A stretch of 64,000 nt of DNA from Candidatus Poribacteria bacterium (GTDB lineage Bacteria; Poribacteria; WGA-4E; PCPOR2b). The notes beneath the pieces are model-generated. The model did no database searches. It was not told where the DNA came from and was given only the letters and a program-made list of their open reading frames with translations. This document shows positions 1-9,100 of the stretch, in pieces; position 1 is the stretch's first letter, and every line of letters starts with the position of its first letter. The position numbers and the translations under genes were made by a program. The stretch lies in assembly GCA_965198175.1 (NCBI GenBank), contig OZ240245.1:160001-224000 (forward strand). The letters are read 5' to 3'.

Positions 1-500
1 ATATGGCGCGTTGCGCAGATTGCCCCTTCCTTCAAGAAAATTGAACCGTTGGGACCGATTAAGGTTATCGGTTCGGAACCTGCAATATCACCTGAATCGC
101 GAATCGGCGGGTCTAGCCCTAAACGAATTGCATCGGTGCGTGCGACCTCGACTTGTGTATAGCCCCTCACTGGGCCCAGGATGCGAATCCCTTCAATAGC
201 ACGGATACGCCGACCAACAATGGTCAGGGTTTCAGCTGCTGCAAAGGCGCCCGGCTGATATAAAGGGGCATGGACTACCAATTGGTGTCCCGCACCGTAA
301 AGGATTTCTAGGTGCTCCTGGGTAACATGTGCATGTCTTGCCGACACGCCAACAGGTATTTTGTTCTGTTGCAAGACAGCGTCGCAGGCACGATTCCCCA
401 CCGCACAAGTTCGCAAAGCACAGCCGCTACAAGGATGCTCTGTCTGAAGTTGTTCAAGCACCTTATGAGTAATCAACTCAATCAGCGCCTCGTCACGCAT
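1..500 (-). CDS. pduL: Phosphate propanoyltransferase PduL (BMC-associated phosphotransacylase), 3' end runs off the window
   Basis: Not in the ORF track; hand translation from ATG at 500 gives MRDEALIELITHKVLEQL...IPVGVSARHAHV...RILGPVRGYTQVEVARTDAIRLG...GPNGSIFLKEGAICATRH, typical PduL motifs; directly downstream of a BMC shell gene. Confidence 0.9.
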   Translation of the reverse strand, partial: MRDEALIELITHKVLEQLQTEHPCSGCALRTCAVGNRACDAVLQQNKIPVGVSARHAHVTQEHLEILYGAGHQLVVHAPLYQPGAFAAAETLTIVGRRIRAIEGIRILGPVRGYTQVEVARTDAIRLGLDPPIRDSGDIAGSEPITLIGPNGSIFLKEGAICATRH

Positions 501-512
501 CCGCCATCTTCC

Positions 513-842
513 TTAACTTGACGAATCCCCTTCAACCAAATCAATGGCCAGCGCATTGTCTGATTCTCTTTGAGTAGGTAAAATCAATTCGACTTCCGCA
601 TGTGGCCTCGGAATAACATGGACAGATACAACTTCACCTACCCTTGCTGCTGCCTCTGCTCCAACATCTGTCGCAGCTTTGACAGCGCCGACATCGCCGC
701 GAACCATAACTGTAACGTATCCCCCACCGATTGTTTCGCGCCCAATGAGCTTAACATTTGCGGCTTTGACCATCGCATCTGCGGCTTCAACACTTCCGAC
801 GAATCCTCTTGTTTCAACTAACCCCAAAGCGTCTCCTGCCAT
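513..842 (-). CDS. Bacterial microcompartment hexameric shell protein (BMC-H, EutM/PduA-like)
   Basis: ALGLVETRG...[12 protein letters not shown]...[19 protein letters not shown]...HVIPRPH. Confidence 0.97.
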   Translation of the reverse strand: MAGDALGLVETRGFVGSVEAADAMVKAANVKLIGRETIGGGYVTVMVRGDVGAVKAATDVGAEAAARVGEVVSVHVIPRPHAEVELILPTQRESDNALAIDLVEGDSSS

Positions 843-1231
843 CTAAAAAGTACCCTCCTGAATTTTTTTGTTAGAATACCAGCAGTATATCACAATGTTT
901 AGCCTGATTCAAGTCTTTCTAGCTTAAGCCCGTCACTGCATGTTATGAATTGTTGCTTAAAGTCCAGTCGCTTTTTGTGTCTCATCTAACAGTCATTTCT
1001 TCGACAACGTGCTAGAATTTCAAAGGCCCCACTGTCTGAAGAAGCGCACTCACGATGTTCAACCCCTTCGGTGCAATAAGATATTGCTTCAGATTATGCT
1101 AGCCTTCAAGAATTTGCCAATCGTCATTTTTGCAGCCCCAGTGTGGAAAGTTTACCATATTACGAGATAGGATTGCAAATACCGTCGGATATTTACAATC
1201 CAAGGAGCGAAAGAAAATCGGCGATCCTTAC

Positions 1232-2086
1232 TTAGTGGTATCTAATCGTAGCCCACGTTGTGGTGAGCTTACCCTTCGGTTCAACCGCTAGAGCGTCCGA
1301 ATCGAGCTTGGCGAGCTTTTCGATTTCCGGGGCGGAAAGCGCACGACCGAAGATTACGACATCATCAATGATACCGTCAATGTACTCCCAGTTGTTGACA
1401 TCATCACCACGCCCCCGCGACGCTCCGATAAGAATCGGGAAACCGGAAAAGGTCGCATACGGCGCCGTCAGCGCCATCGGGTCCCTACCGGCTGCGCCGT
1501 GAAATCCGTCAGTGACATGCGCGGGTTTGCCGTTGAGGAACCCCTGGATGGTTTGTCCGTTTCCAACTTGCGCCATGTGTATCCAAGTACCTAGCTTGTA
1601 GGCACCACGAACATTGAACCATCCCTCCGGATTTGCGGCGCCCCGTTCTGGCTTTTTATCCACGGCACCTTTCACATTATTCGAGCCGTACGTCAGGTCC
1701 GTGTCGTTGAGGGTTCCCAGCCGAATATGGAAGTTTGGACCCCAACCGATTTTCTCGCCCTTGAACATAACTGCGCCGTGATCGCTAGACCTTCGAATGA
1801 ACGCCCACACGGCGTGTGTGAATTCATCCGCCATCGCGTTCATTGAAGCATCATCGGGAATCTCGACGTAGGCATCCACCCCGTTGACATCAAGACCGAG
1901 TCCGTGCTTACCAGGAGCAAATCCTGCACCGCCTTTTACGATGCCGTCATTGCGGCCAGTTAGGTCGTTTGCGTTTTCATCGTTAAACGTCAAAACGGTA
2001 ATAACACCATCGCTCAACGCTGCCGATCCGACACTCGTCATGGCGCATAGAGCAACAACCACGAAGTAGTAATTATACCGTAGCAT
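1232..2086 (-). CDS. Secreted LamG/concanavalin-like jelly-roll protein
   Basis: Signal peptide; W.H.A and GIIDDVVIFGRALS motifs; C-terminal AVEPKGKLTTTWATIR tail. Confidence 0.85.
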   Translation of the reverse strand: MLRYNYYFVVVALCAMTSVGSAALSDGVITVLTFNDENANDLTGRNDGIVKGGAGFAPGKHGLGLDVNGVDAYVEIPDDASMNAMADEFTHAVWAFIRRSSDHGAVMFKGEKIGWGPNFHIRLGTLNDTDLTYGSNNVKGAVDKKPERGAANPEGWFNVRGAYKLGTWIHMAQVGNGQTIQGFLNGKPAHVTDGFHGAAGRDPMALTAPYATFSGFPILIGASRGRGDDVNNWEYIDGIIDDVVIFGRALSAPEIEKLAKLDSDALAVEPKGKLTTTWATIRYH

Positions 2087-2482
2087 GGTAAATCTCCTTC
2101 TTGAAATATGAATTTAGGATGATACCTTCACGAAAAACAGAAACTAAGGAGTTGGATTAACGGGGCGAATGTCCCAAAATTATACACACCAAATCCATAA
2201 CTTTAGGAAGGACAAATGCTCATGATTGAGATTATATCACTTCCCGCTTGTTTACATCCAGCATTATCTCGCCGAGCAATGCCCAATTTAGCCGAGTCGG
2301 ATTCGCAGTGCTTGCCGTGCCCGGCGCGCAATGATGACAGGTATCTCGTGTCGGGCGGGTCGTGGTGGACGTTATCTCACCGCCTAACGTATTTTCATCG
2401 CCGTTATCCTTTGGACGTTTAGTCTGTGATTTGATTCCAGTAACTCCGATGTCGAGAACAGATATCCCTGCCTTGTCAAAAC

Positions 2483-2511
2483 ATTATAGCCCGATGGATT
2501 GACTGAGGCAA
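2483..2511 (-). promoter_or_regulatory. Predicted sigma70 promoter (TTGCCT-N17-TATAAT)
   Basis: Reverse complement of 2483-2511; perfect -10 hexamer and 17-nt spacer. Confidence 0.55.
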
Positions 2512-2564
2512 GCTATATTTGCAAAATCATCGTTGTCAATGGAGACCAGTAGCAGACGCACCGA

Positions 2565-2593
2565 TTGACATCGGCGGTAGATTCAGGTAAAAT
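2565..2593 (+). promoter_or_regulatory. Predicted sigma70 promoter of hsdR (TTGACA-N17-TAAAAT)
   Basis: Consensus -35, 17-nt spacer, 50 nt upstream of ATG 2643. Confidence 0.65.
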
Positions 2594-2642
2594 AACGCCG
2601 ACGTACGCACCACAATATCATCTCACGACACATAATGAAGAC

Positions 2643-5390
2643 ATGACACCTGAGCAAAAAGCACGACAGAACATCGACCAACTACTCACAGCCGCGGGCT
2701 GGACGATTCAGGACCGCGAGCAGATGAATCTTGGTGAATCGCAAGGTGTAGCGGTACGCGAATTTCCTATGGCATCCGGGGCCACGGACTACCTGCTATT
2801 CATCGACAGTAAAGCAATCGGTGCAATCGAAGCCAAACCGGTAGGCACCACCCTCAGCGGTGTCTCTGAACAAACCGAGAAATACCTCACCGGGATTCCA
2901 GCACGGCTTCGATCCCATCAGAGACCATTGCCGTTCGGCTATGAGAGCACGGGAGTTGAAACCTTCTTCCGGGACCTACGCGATCCGGACTCCAGATCCC
3001 GCCGCGTTTTCGCCTTTCATAAACCGGAAACCTTGTCGCAGTGGATCGCCCAAGTGGATACACTGCGAAACCATCTCAAGGAACTGCCGTTGCTAGACGC
3101 GCATGGCTTGCGAGACTGCCAAATTGAAGCGATTCAGAATCTAGAGAAGTCGTTCGCGGAAAATCGCCCTCGCGCACTCATCCAGATGGCAACCGGCAGC
3201 GGGAAAACGTACACCGCCGTTAGTTTCGCTTATCGACTCATCAAATTCGCAGGTGCCAAGAGGATACTGTTTCTCGTTGATCGCAGCAATCTCGGAAGGC
3301 AGACGCTCAAAGAATTTCAGCAATATGCCACGCCGGAGGACGGGAGGAAATTAACCGAACTTTACAACGTGCAACATCTCACCACCAACCGGATTGACGG
3401 GGTAAGCAAGGTCTGCATTACCACGATTCAGCGGCTGTATTCGATGCTCAAAGGGGAATCGGATTTAGATGAGCAAATCGAAGGACGTTCGCTGTTCGAC
3501 CTTGGATTGGGGAATCAATCCGCTGCAGAGGTGGAATACCATCCCCATATTCCTATCTCGACCTTTGATTTCATCATCACCGACGAGTGCCCTCGCTCAA
3601 TCTACAACCGATGGAGGCCCGTGCTAGAATACTTCGACGCCTTTATCGTTGGTCTCACTGCGACCCCATCAAAGCAGACCCTTGGATTCTTCAATCAGAA
3701 TTTGGTCACGGAGTACAGCCACGAGCGGGCGGTCGCTGATGGTGTCAACGTTGGGTATGAGGTGTATCGTATCAAGACAGAGATTTCGGAGCAGGGTAGT
3801 AGCGTCGAAGCAGGTTTTTACGTTGACAAACGGGACCGGCTCACTCGCGAAACCCGATGGGAACAGCTTGATGAGGATATGGAATACAGCGCGACGCAGC
3901 TTGACCGTGCTGTGGTGGCTCCAGACCAGATTCGCACCGTAATTCAAACTTTTCGGGATAAACTGTTCACGGAGATTTTTCCCGGCAGAACGGAGGTACC
4001 CAAAACGCTTATCTTCGCCAAGGAGGACTCGCACGCTGAGGATATAGTGCGCACCGTTCGCGAAGAGTTCGGGCGGGGCAACGACTTCTGCAAAAAGATT
4101 ACGTACCAGACAACGGGCGAGAGACCGGAAGACCTACTCGCGAGCTTCCGAAACTCATTCAATCCGCGTATCGCGGTTACGGTGGACATGGTCGCCACAG
4201 GCACGGACATTAAGCCGCTAGAGTGTATTGTCTTCATGCGAAACATCAGATCGCCAGTCTATTTTGAGCAGATGAAGGGCAGAGGCACGCGCACGATTTC
4301 ATCGACAGACTTGCAGGCGGTCACGCCCGACACCAATCACAAAACCCATTTCGTGATTGTCGATGCAGTCGGCGTTTGCGAGAATGATAAAACCGAGTCC
4401 CGACCGCTTGAGCGCAAACACAGTGTGCCGTTTGATAAACTGCTTGAATCTGTGGCGCTCGGGTTCCGAGATTCAGATACCTTGACGACGTTGGCGGGTA
4501 GGCTCGCACGCCTTGACCGTCAAATCGGAGATGATGCGCAAAGACAGATCGTCGAAGCCTCTGGAGGCACCGCCTTGCGAGGTATGATTAACGGGTTGCT
4601 TAAGGCGGTTGACCCGGACCAACATGAACATCTTTTGATATCAACTGACTCATCTGGGGAAACCCCAACACCCGAGCTACTTAGGGAAAGCACGGATCAA
4701 CGCATCACTGAAGCGTGCAAACCTTTTGACAATCCTGAATTGCGCAACACGCTCATTGAAATTAAAAGGCGGCGGGAGCAGACAATCGACACCGTGAGCA
4801 TAGATAGCGTCATCGAATCAGGATTTGACCGCGAGGCGAAGGTGAATGCGGAGCGGATTGTGACGGACTTCAAACAGTTTATCGAAGACAACAGGGACGA
4901 ATTGACAGCGATTCAAATCTTTTACAGCAAACCTTACGGACAGCGCCATCTCACATTTCAACAGGTTAAGCAACTTGCCGATTCAATCGCAAGACCTCCA
5001 CATCACCTCACAACAGCACGGTTATGGCGGGCGTATGAGCAGTTGGAGCATTCGAAAGTCAAGGGGGCGGGACCGGACAAGTTGTTGACCGACATCATAT
5101 CCCTGGTGCGTTTTGCGATTGGGGAAACTGAAACGCTTGAACCTTACAAAGAGAGTGTCGATCGGCAGTTTCAGGGATGGCTTACCAAGCAGGAGAGACT
5201 GTTTTCAGAGGAGCAGATGGCGTGGTTGGAGATGATCAAAGACCATATTGTCACATCGCTGCACATTGAGATTGAAGATTTTGAATTTCCACCGTTTCAG
5301 GCAAAGGGCGGTGCGATTAAGGTTTATGAGCTGTTTGGCGATGCGTTGGGTACGATTCTTGAGGTGTTGAATGAGCAGTTGGCGGCGTAA
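2643..5390 (+). CDS. hsdR: Type I restriction enzyme R subunit (EcoEI/EcoAI-like)
   Basis: MTPEQKAR start; nuclease D...IEAK motif; Walker A MATGSGKT; GLTATP; EQMKGRGTR. Motif II reads DECP instead of DECH. Confidence 0.93.
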   Translation: MTPEQKARQNIDQLLTAAGWTIQDREQMNLGESQGVAVREFPMASGATDYLLFIDSKAIGAIEAKPVGTTLSGVSEQTEKYLTGIPARLRSHQRPLPFGYESTGVETFFRDLRDPDSRSRRVFAFHKPETLSQWIAQVDTLRNHLKELPLLDAHGLRDCQIEAIQNLEKSFAENRPRALIQMATGSGKTYTAVSFAYRLIKFAGAKRILFLVDRSNLGRQTLKEFQQYATPEDGRKLTELYNVQHLTTNRIDGVSKVCITTIQRLYSMLKGESDLDEQIEGRSLFDLGLGNQSAAEVEYHPHIPISTFDFIITDECPRSIYNRWRPVLEYFDAFIVGLTATPSKQTLGFFNQNLVTEYSHERAVADGVNVGYEVYRIKTEISEQGSSVEAGFYVDKRDRLTRETRWEQLDEDMEYSATQLDRAVVAPDQIRTVIQTFRDKLFTEIFPGRTEVPKTLIFAKEDSHAEDIVRTVREEFGRGNDFCKKITYQTTGERPEDLLASFRNSFNPRIAVTVDMVATGTDIKPLECIVFMRNIRSPVYFEQMKGRGTRTISSTDLQAVTPDTNHKTHFVIVDAVGVCENDKTESRPLERKHSVPFDKLLESVALGFRDSDTLTTLAGRLARLDRQIGDDAQRQIVEASGGTALRGMINGLLKAVDPDQHEHLLISTDSSGETPTPELLRESTDQRITEACKPFDNPELRNTLIEIKRRREQTIDTVSIDSVIESGFDREAKVNAERIVTDFKQFIEDNRDELTAIQIFYSKPYGQRHLTFQQVKQLADSIARPPHHLTTARLWRAYEQLEHSKVKGAGPDKLLTDIISLVRFAIGETETLEPYKESVDRQFQGWLTKQERLFSEEQMAWLEMIKDHIVTSLHIEIEDFEFPPFQAKGGAIKVYELFGDALGTILEVLNEQLAA

Positions 5391-5455
5391 GACAGATGCC
5401 TCAACTGGGTAACATCTTTGCGGCTATTAGAATTCTTTAACGCAAATTCTCAAAA

Positions 5456-5537
5456 ACGTTAATAAGACATTGCGTTATTAACGTAAAGTGAGAAAAACGT
5501 TAATAACGCAATGTCTTATTAACGTAAAGTGAGAAAA
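5456..5537. repeat. Two 41-bp tandem units containing a 29-bp site present once in each orientation
   Basis: ACGTTAATAA-GACATTGCG-TTATTAACGT (5456-5484) and ACGTTAATAA-CGCAATGTC-TTATTAACGT (5497-5525), each followed by AAAGTGAGAAAA. Confidence 0.95.
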
Positions 5538-5538
5538 G

Positions 5539-6729
5539 ATGAATCAGGAAGATTTCAAGAATTCAGCCGCCGGTAGATGTATTCGCACGATAACCCAGCC
5601 GTCAAATTGGGCTTATGTGCCGTACCCACTCCCAGCAAAAATCGAAATGGATTGGGAGTTGGCAAATCTTCTATCAAGAGCAGACATCAAACTAGGAGAG
5701 TTATCTGGTGCAGGACAACTGCTTCCGAATCCGCATCTGTTGATTAGACCGTTTATTCGGCGTGAAGCCGTAATGAGTTCAAGAATCGAAAATACCCAAT
5801 CCGGGTTGGACGACCTCTTTTTCTTTGAAGCAGATGAAACGGAATCGCCCCCTGTGTCCGATGTAACGGAAATAATCAACTATGTGAGAGCAATGGAACA
5901 TGGAATCAAACGATTGAAAGAGTTGCCGATTAGCTCCCGGCTAATCTGTGAAATACACGGAATTCTGATGGAGGGAGCACGGGGAGAACATGCCACACCG
6001 GGGGAGATGCGGACAAGCCAAAACTGGATTGGTAGCCCCGGATGTACGTTGATGGATGCCACCTATGTTCCTCCGCCGGTCCCAGAGATGAAAGCATGCT
6101 TTTCAGACTTAGAAAAATACGTCCATTCCGACGCAACGGAACCAGCATTGATTCAATGCGCTCTGGTTCACTATCAGTTTGAAGCGATTCATCCGTTTCT
6201 TGATGGCAACGGTAGGATTGGCAGGCTTCTGATCGCGTTTATGTTATTGGAGACGAGGTTGCTATCGCAGCCCCTGCTTTATCTTTCCGACTTTTTTGAG
6301 CAGCATAGAGATGAGTATTATAGATTATTGTTGACTGTAAGCCAAAAAGGAGACTGGAAAGCGTGGCTCGTGTTTTTCCTAAATGGGGTCCGTCAACAGT
6401 CAGAAGACTCCCTTGCAACGATTCGAAAACTGCTTGACTTACAGAAACAATATAGGGCAGTTGCAACCGGTCGAAGGGTGCCGATGGCTGTAAACCGCTT
6501 GATTGACCATCTGTTTGCGAATCCTATTATCTCAATTTCAGAACTATCCAAGGCTTGGAAGATACCCTTTCCCACCGTTCAACGGGGAGTGGATTACCTT
6601 ATCGAAAAAGGCATACTTGGGGAAATAACCGGAGGACGGCGAAACCGTCTGTTTGTTGCACATGAAATATTCAATACCATCATGACCGAGAGGACAAAAT
6701 CGCTGAATCCACGGAAACACCTAACATGA
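5539..6729 (+). CDS. Fic-domain protein with C-terminal HTH
   Basis: Canonical HPFLDGNGRIGR motif; EAVMSSRIEN N-terminal motif. Confidence 0.95.
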   Translation: MNQEDFKNSAAGRCIRTITQPSNWAYVPYPLPAKIEMDWELANLLSRADIKLGELSGAGQLLPNPHLLIRPFIRREAVMSSRIENTQSGLDDLFFFEADETESPPVSDVTEIINYVRAMEHGIKRLKELPISSRLICEIHGILMEGARGEHATPGEMRTSQNWIGSPGCTLMDATYVPPPVPEMKACFSDLEKYVHSDATEPALIQCALVHYQFEAIHPFLDGNGRIGRLLIAFMLLETRLLSQPLLYLSDFFEQHRDEYYRLLLTVSQKGDWKAWLVFFLNGVRQQSEDSLATIRKLLDLQKQYRAVATGRRVPMAVNRLIDHLFANPIISISELSKAWKIPFPTVQRGVDYLIEKGILGEITGGRRNRLFVAHEIFNTIMTERTKSLNPRKHLT

Positions 6730-6763
6730 ACGAAACAGATGCGGGTTTATGTACACTGCCCGA
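6655..6763 (+). repeat. fic 3' end / hsdS 5' end junction, copy 1 (hsdS part truncated)
   Basis: Ungapped hand alignment to 10806-10914, 81/109 identical; ATG 6726 reads MNETDAGLCTLP versus HsdS MNEADAGLSELP. Confidence 0.85.
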
Positions 6764-6872
6764 AACATTAGCAGAAAAAGCCCTGTTGGATAAATCCAAC
6801 AGGGCTTTTTCTGTTATGAGATTTCGGCATCTATCCGATAGCCTCGTTGTCGCCAACACCTCGGTAAATGCA

Positions 6873-7163
6873 TCAGATACGTGAACCATCAAGCAACAGA
6901 GACATGGTTGATTCGACCGGAGGTACCGGCGCTTCATAGTCTGGGAACAGCCAGAGTTGGTTTGACTCATCCGTGATGTCTTTAACGGATGGTTCGTCGA
7001 ACGGAATCGCCGGGTTCGCCCAGAGTTCCATCCCGTGTACGCTCGGATTAGCCGTGATTCGAGTGCGGATTCGGGCGCGACGCTCAAGTGCGAGTGTTTC
7101 TTCGGCGAAAACCTCTCGCATCAATCGTATGAGTGTGTCAGTAGAAAGGTCGGCTCGCATCAT
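6873..7163 (-). CDS. Small protein with QLWLF clamp-binding-like motif; candidate anti-sigma or clamp partner
   Basis: ATGA overlap with the clamp gene stop; helical N-terminus; acidic/Pro-rich tail containing NQLWLFP. Confidence 0.6.
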   Translation of the reverse strand: MMRADLSTDTLIRLMREVFAEETLALERRARIRTRITANPSVHGMELWANPAIPFDEPSVKDITDESNQLWLFPDYEAPVPPVESTMSLLLDGSRI

Positions 7164-8281
7164 CTCATGGGCATAACAACATATTGAAAGTTTGGCGCCA
7201 ATTCAAGGCGCATATGCGCAGTCGGTTCCGGGCGCATCCAGAGTGTAACCTCGGTCGCATCGGTCTGCAGAAGCGCTTCTTCAAAGAACCTGGCATCGAA
7301 TGCTGCTGCTGTATCTACACCCTCATACTGAATCGGTACACAGGCTTTCGAATTCCCCCAGCGGGTTATAATTTCAACAGTCAACTGTCCAGCACTGACG
7401 CGAAACTCTGTACGGTTGTGTGGGTGGTCGTCGCCTACACGGATGACTCTGAGTGCCCACAACAATTCTTCGCGGTTCACCTTCACGCGCAGATTGGCGC
7501 TGCTCGCTTGTTCAAGGACCCACTTATAATCTGGGAAATCCCCTTTCGGCAAGAGACACCTTAACGAAACTCCTTCAGCCTCAAAACCCATGGCGTTCTC
7601 AGTGAAGCGGAGAAGGCAGACGTGCGGATTTAAGGATTCTACCAAATCAATCATCTTCATGCACGCGGCATAAGGCATTGCCCGCATCGGAACAGAGGTT
7701 TCTGCTACAGCCGGTTTGTTCGTTAATGGTAAGGTAATCATTGCCATCCGTCTACCATCGGTTGCCACGACTCGCTCTTCACCTTCATGTTGATGAAAGA
7801 GTGCCCCTGTAATAAGGGGACGCCGGTTTGCCTCCTCTGAGTCTGATAGCTGTACCGAGGCAAACAGGACAGACTTCAGAGCCGCTCCGAACTGCGGCGC
7901 TTGAACTTCATATTCGGGCGCGTCTGCTAGCTCTGCAAGTGCGGGATTCTGCCATTTCTCCCCATGTGTGCGCACGGCATGTCGATGTTGATTGCCCTCA
8001 ATATCCAAACATCCATGCCATTCGTGGTGACTGAAACGCAGTGTTTCACCAACTGCGTAGTTACAAATACGCGACAGCGTGTCCGGGGGAACAGTTGCCT
8101 TGCCGGGGACTTCGACCTCGACTGGGATTGCATGATCTATACGGAAATTTCCGTCGTCGGTGTAGCATCTAAACTGTAACTGTGCAGCTTGCCCCGTCAT
8201 TGACAGGTGTGTGCCCGGTTCATCAAGTTTCAAAAGGGCTAAGGCACGCTTCAGCGTAGCCACATTACAAGTGAATCTCAT
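7160..8281 (-). CDS. dnaN: Divergent DNA polymerase III beta sliding-clamp paralog
   Basis: 373 aa from ATG 8281 (GGAGG SD); VATDGRRM, GDFPDY, AFDARFF and C-terminal YVVMPMR clamp motifs; not in a dnaA-recF context. Confidence 0.85.
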   Translation of the reverse strand: MRFTCNVATLKRALALLKLDEPGTHLSMTGQAAQLQFRCYTDDGNFRIDHAIPVEVEVPGKATVPPDTLSRICNYAVGETLRFSHHEWHGCLDIEGNQHRHAVRTHGEKWQNPALAELADAPEYEVQAPQFGAALKSVLFASVQLSDSEEANRRPLITGALFHQHEGEERVVATDGRRMAMITLPLTNKPAVAETSVPMRAMPYAACMKMIDLVESLNPHVCLLRFTENAMGFEAEGVSLRCLLPKGDFPDYKWVLEQASSANLRVKVNREELLWALRVIRVGDDHPHNRTEFRVSAGQLTVEIITRWGNSKACVPIQYEGVDTAAAFDARFFEEALLQTDATEVTLWMRPEPTAHMRLELAPNFQYVVMPMR

Positions 8282-8366
8282 CGGTTCCTCCCCACCCGCA
8301 AGGCAAGCATTGAGAAATGTCTTTCCCAATTGATGCCTCGTTGGGTGTTTTGCTTTCAGTCTGGAA

Positions 8367-8924
8367 TTAGAACAGGTCTTCGATTGATGTGTCTCTCTGT
8401 TTGAGTAACCGCAACACCTCATCGCGCAAGGCATTGCGTGCACGCTGCCGAAGCGATTTAACAGCGATTTCGCTTCGTTGGATAATCTTTGCGATTTCTC
8501 TGTTCGGCATATCTTCCAACTCGCCCAACACGAGCACCGTGCGGTCGATTGGTCGTAGTTGAAGTAGGGCAGCCTGCAAGAACTCCCTGCTTTCAGCGCG
8601 GATTAATCGCTTGAGCGGAGATTCTGTTGAAGCCAGTGGGATAACCAACATCTGCGCCATTTCTTCCGTAGTCGTCCTATCGAATGAAATCGCCGGGTGC
8701 TGTCGACGCTGACGCAAGAGGTCAATACACCCATTGTATGCGATGCGAAACAGCCACGAACGCACCGCTGCCGGGGCAAGTAACTCAGACCAGCCCTGAT
8801 ACGCCCGGAGAAACGTCTCAGCAGTCATGTCCTCGGCATCCGTCGGGTTTCCTAAAAACCGATGAATAAACCGATAGATACCGTCAACATACAACTCATA
8901 TACTTCGATGAAAGATCCATCCAC
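8367..8924 (-). CDS. ECF sigma-70 factor
   Basis: DAEDMTAETFLRAY and SWLFRIAYN (region 2); EIAKIIQRSEIAVKSLRQRAR (region 4). Confidence 0.92.
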   Translation of the reverse strand: MDGSFIEVYELYVDGIYRFIHRFLGNPTDAEDMTAETFLRAYQGWSELLAPAAVRSWLFRIAYNGCIDLLRQRRQHPAISFDRTTTEEMAQMLVIPLASTESPLKRLIRAESREFLQAALLQLRPIDRTVLVLGELEDMPNREIAKIIQRSEIAVKSLRQRARNALRDEVLRLLKQRDTSIEDLF

Positions 8925-9100
8925 AAATGAAGCACCTCGTTAGCTTCGCGTTTTCAAGCCTATAAGACGAAATAATTGGGGCAAGGCATCGAAAAAACCG
9001 CACCGCCCAAATCCTCGGAAAATCGGTTGATTGGCTGATATAGATGCGATATACTGTTTGAACGCGGTTTCTGATGAAGATTTGGGGGAGATTTGTTATT

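Noticed and set aside
8282..8443. N-terminal extension of the clamp ORF in the track
   Set aside because: It overlaps the sigma gene; clamp similarity and a GGAGG SD point to ATG 8281
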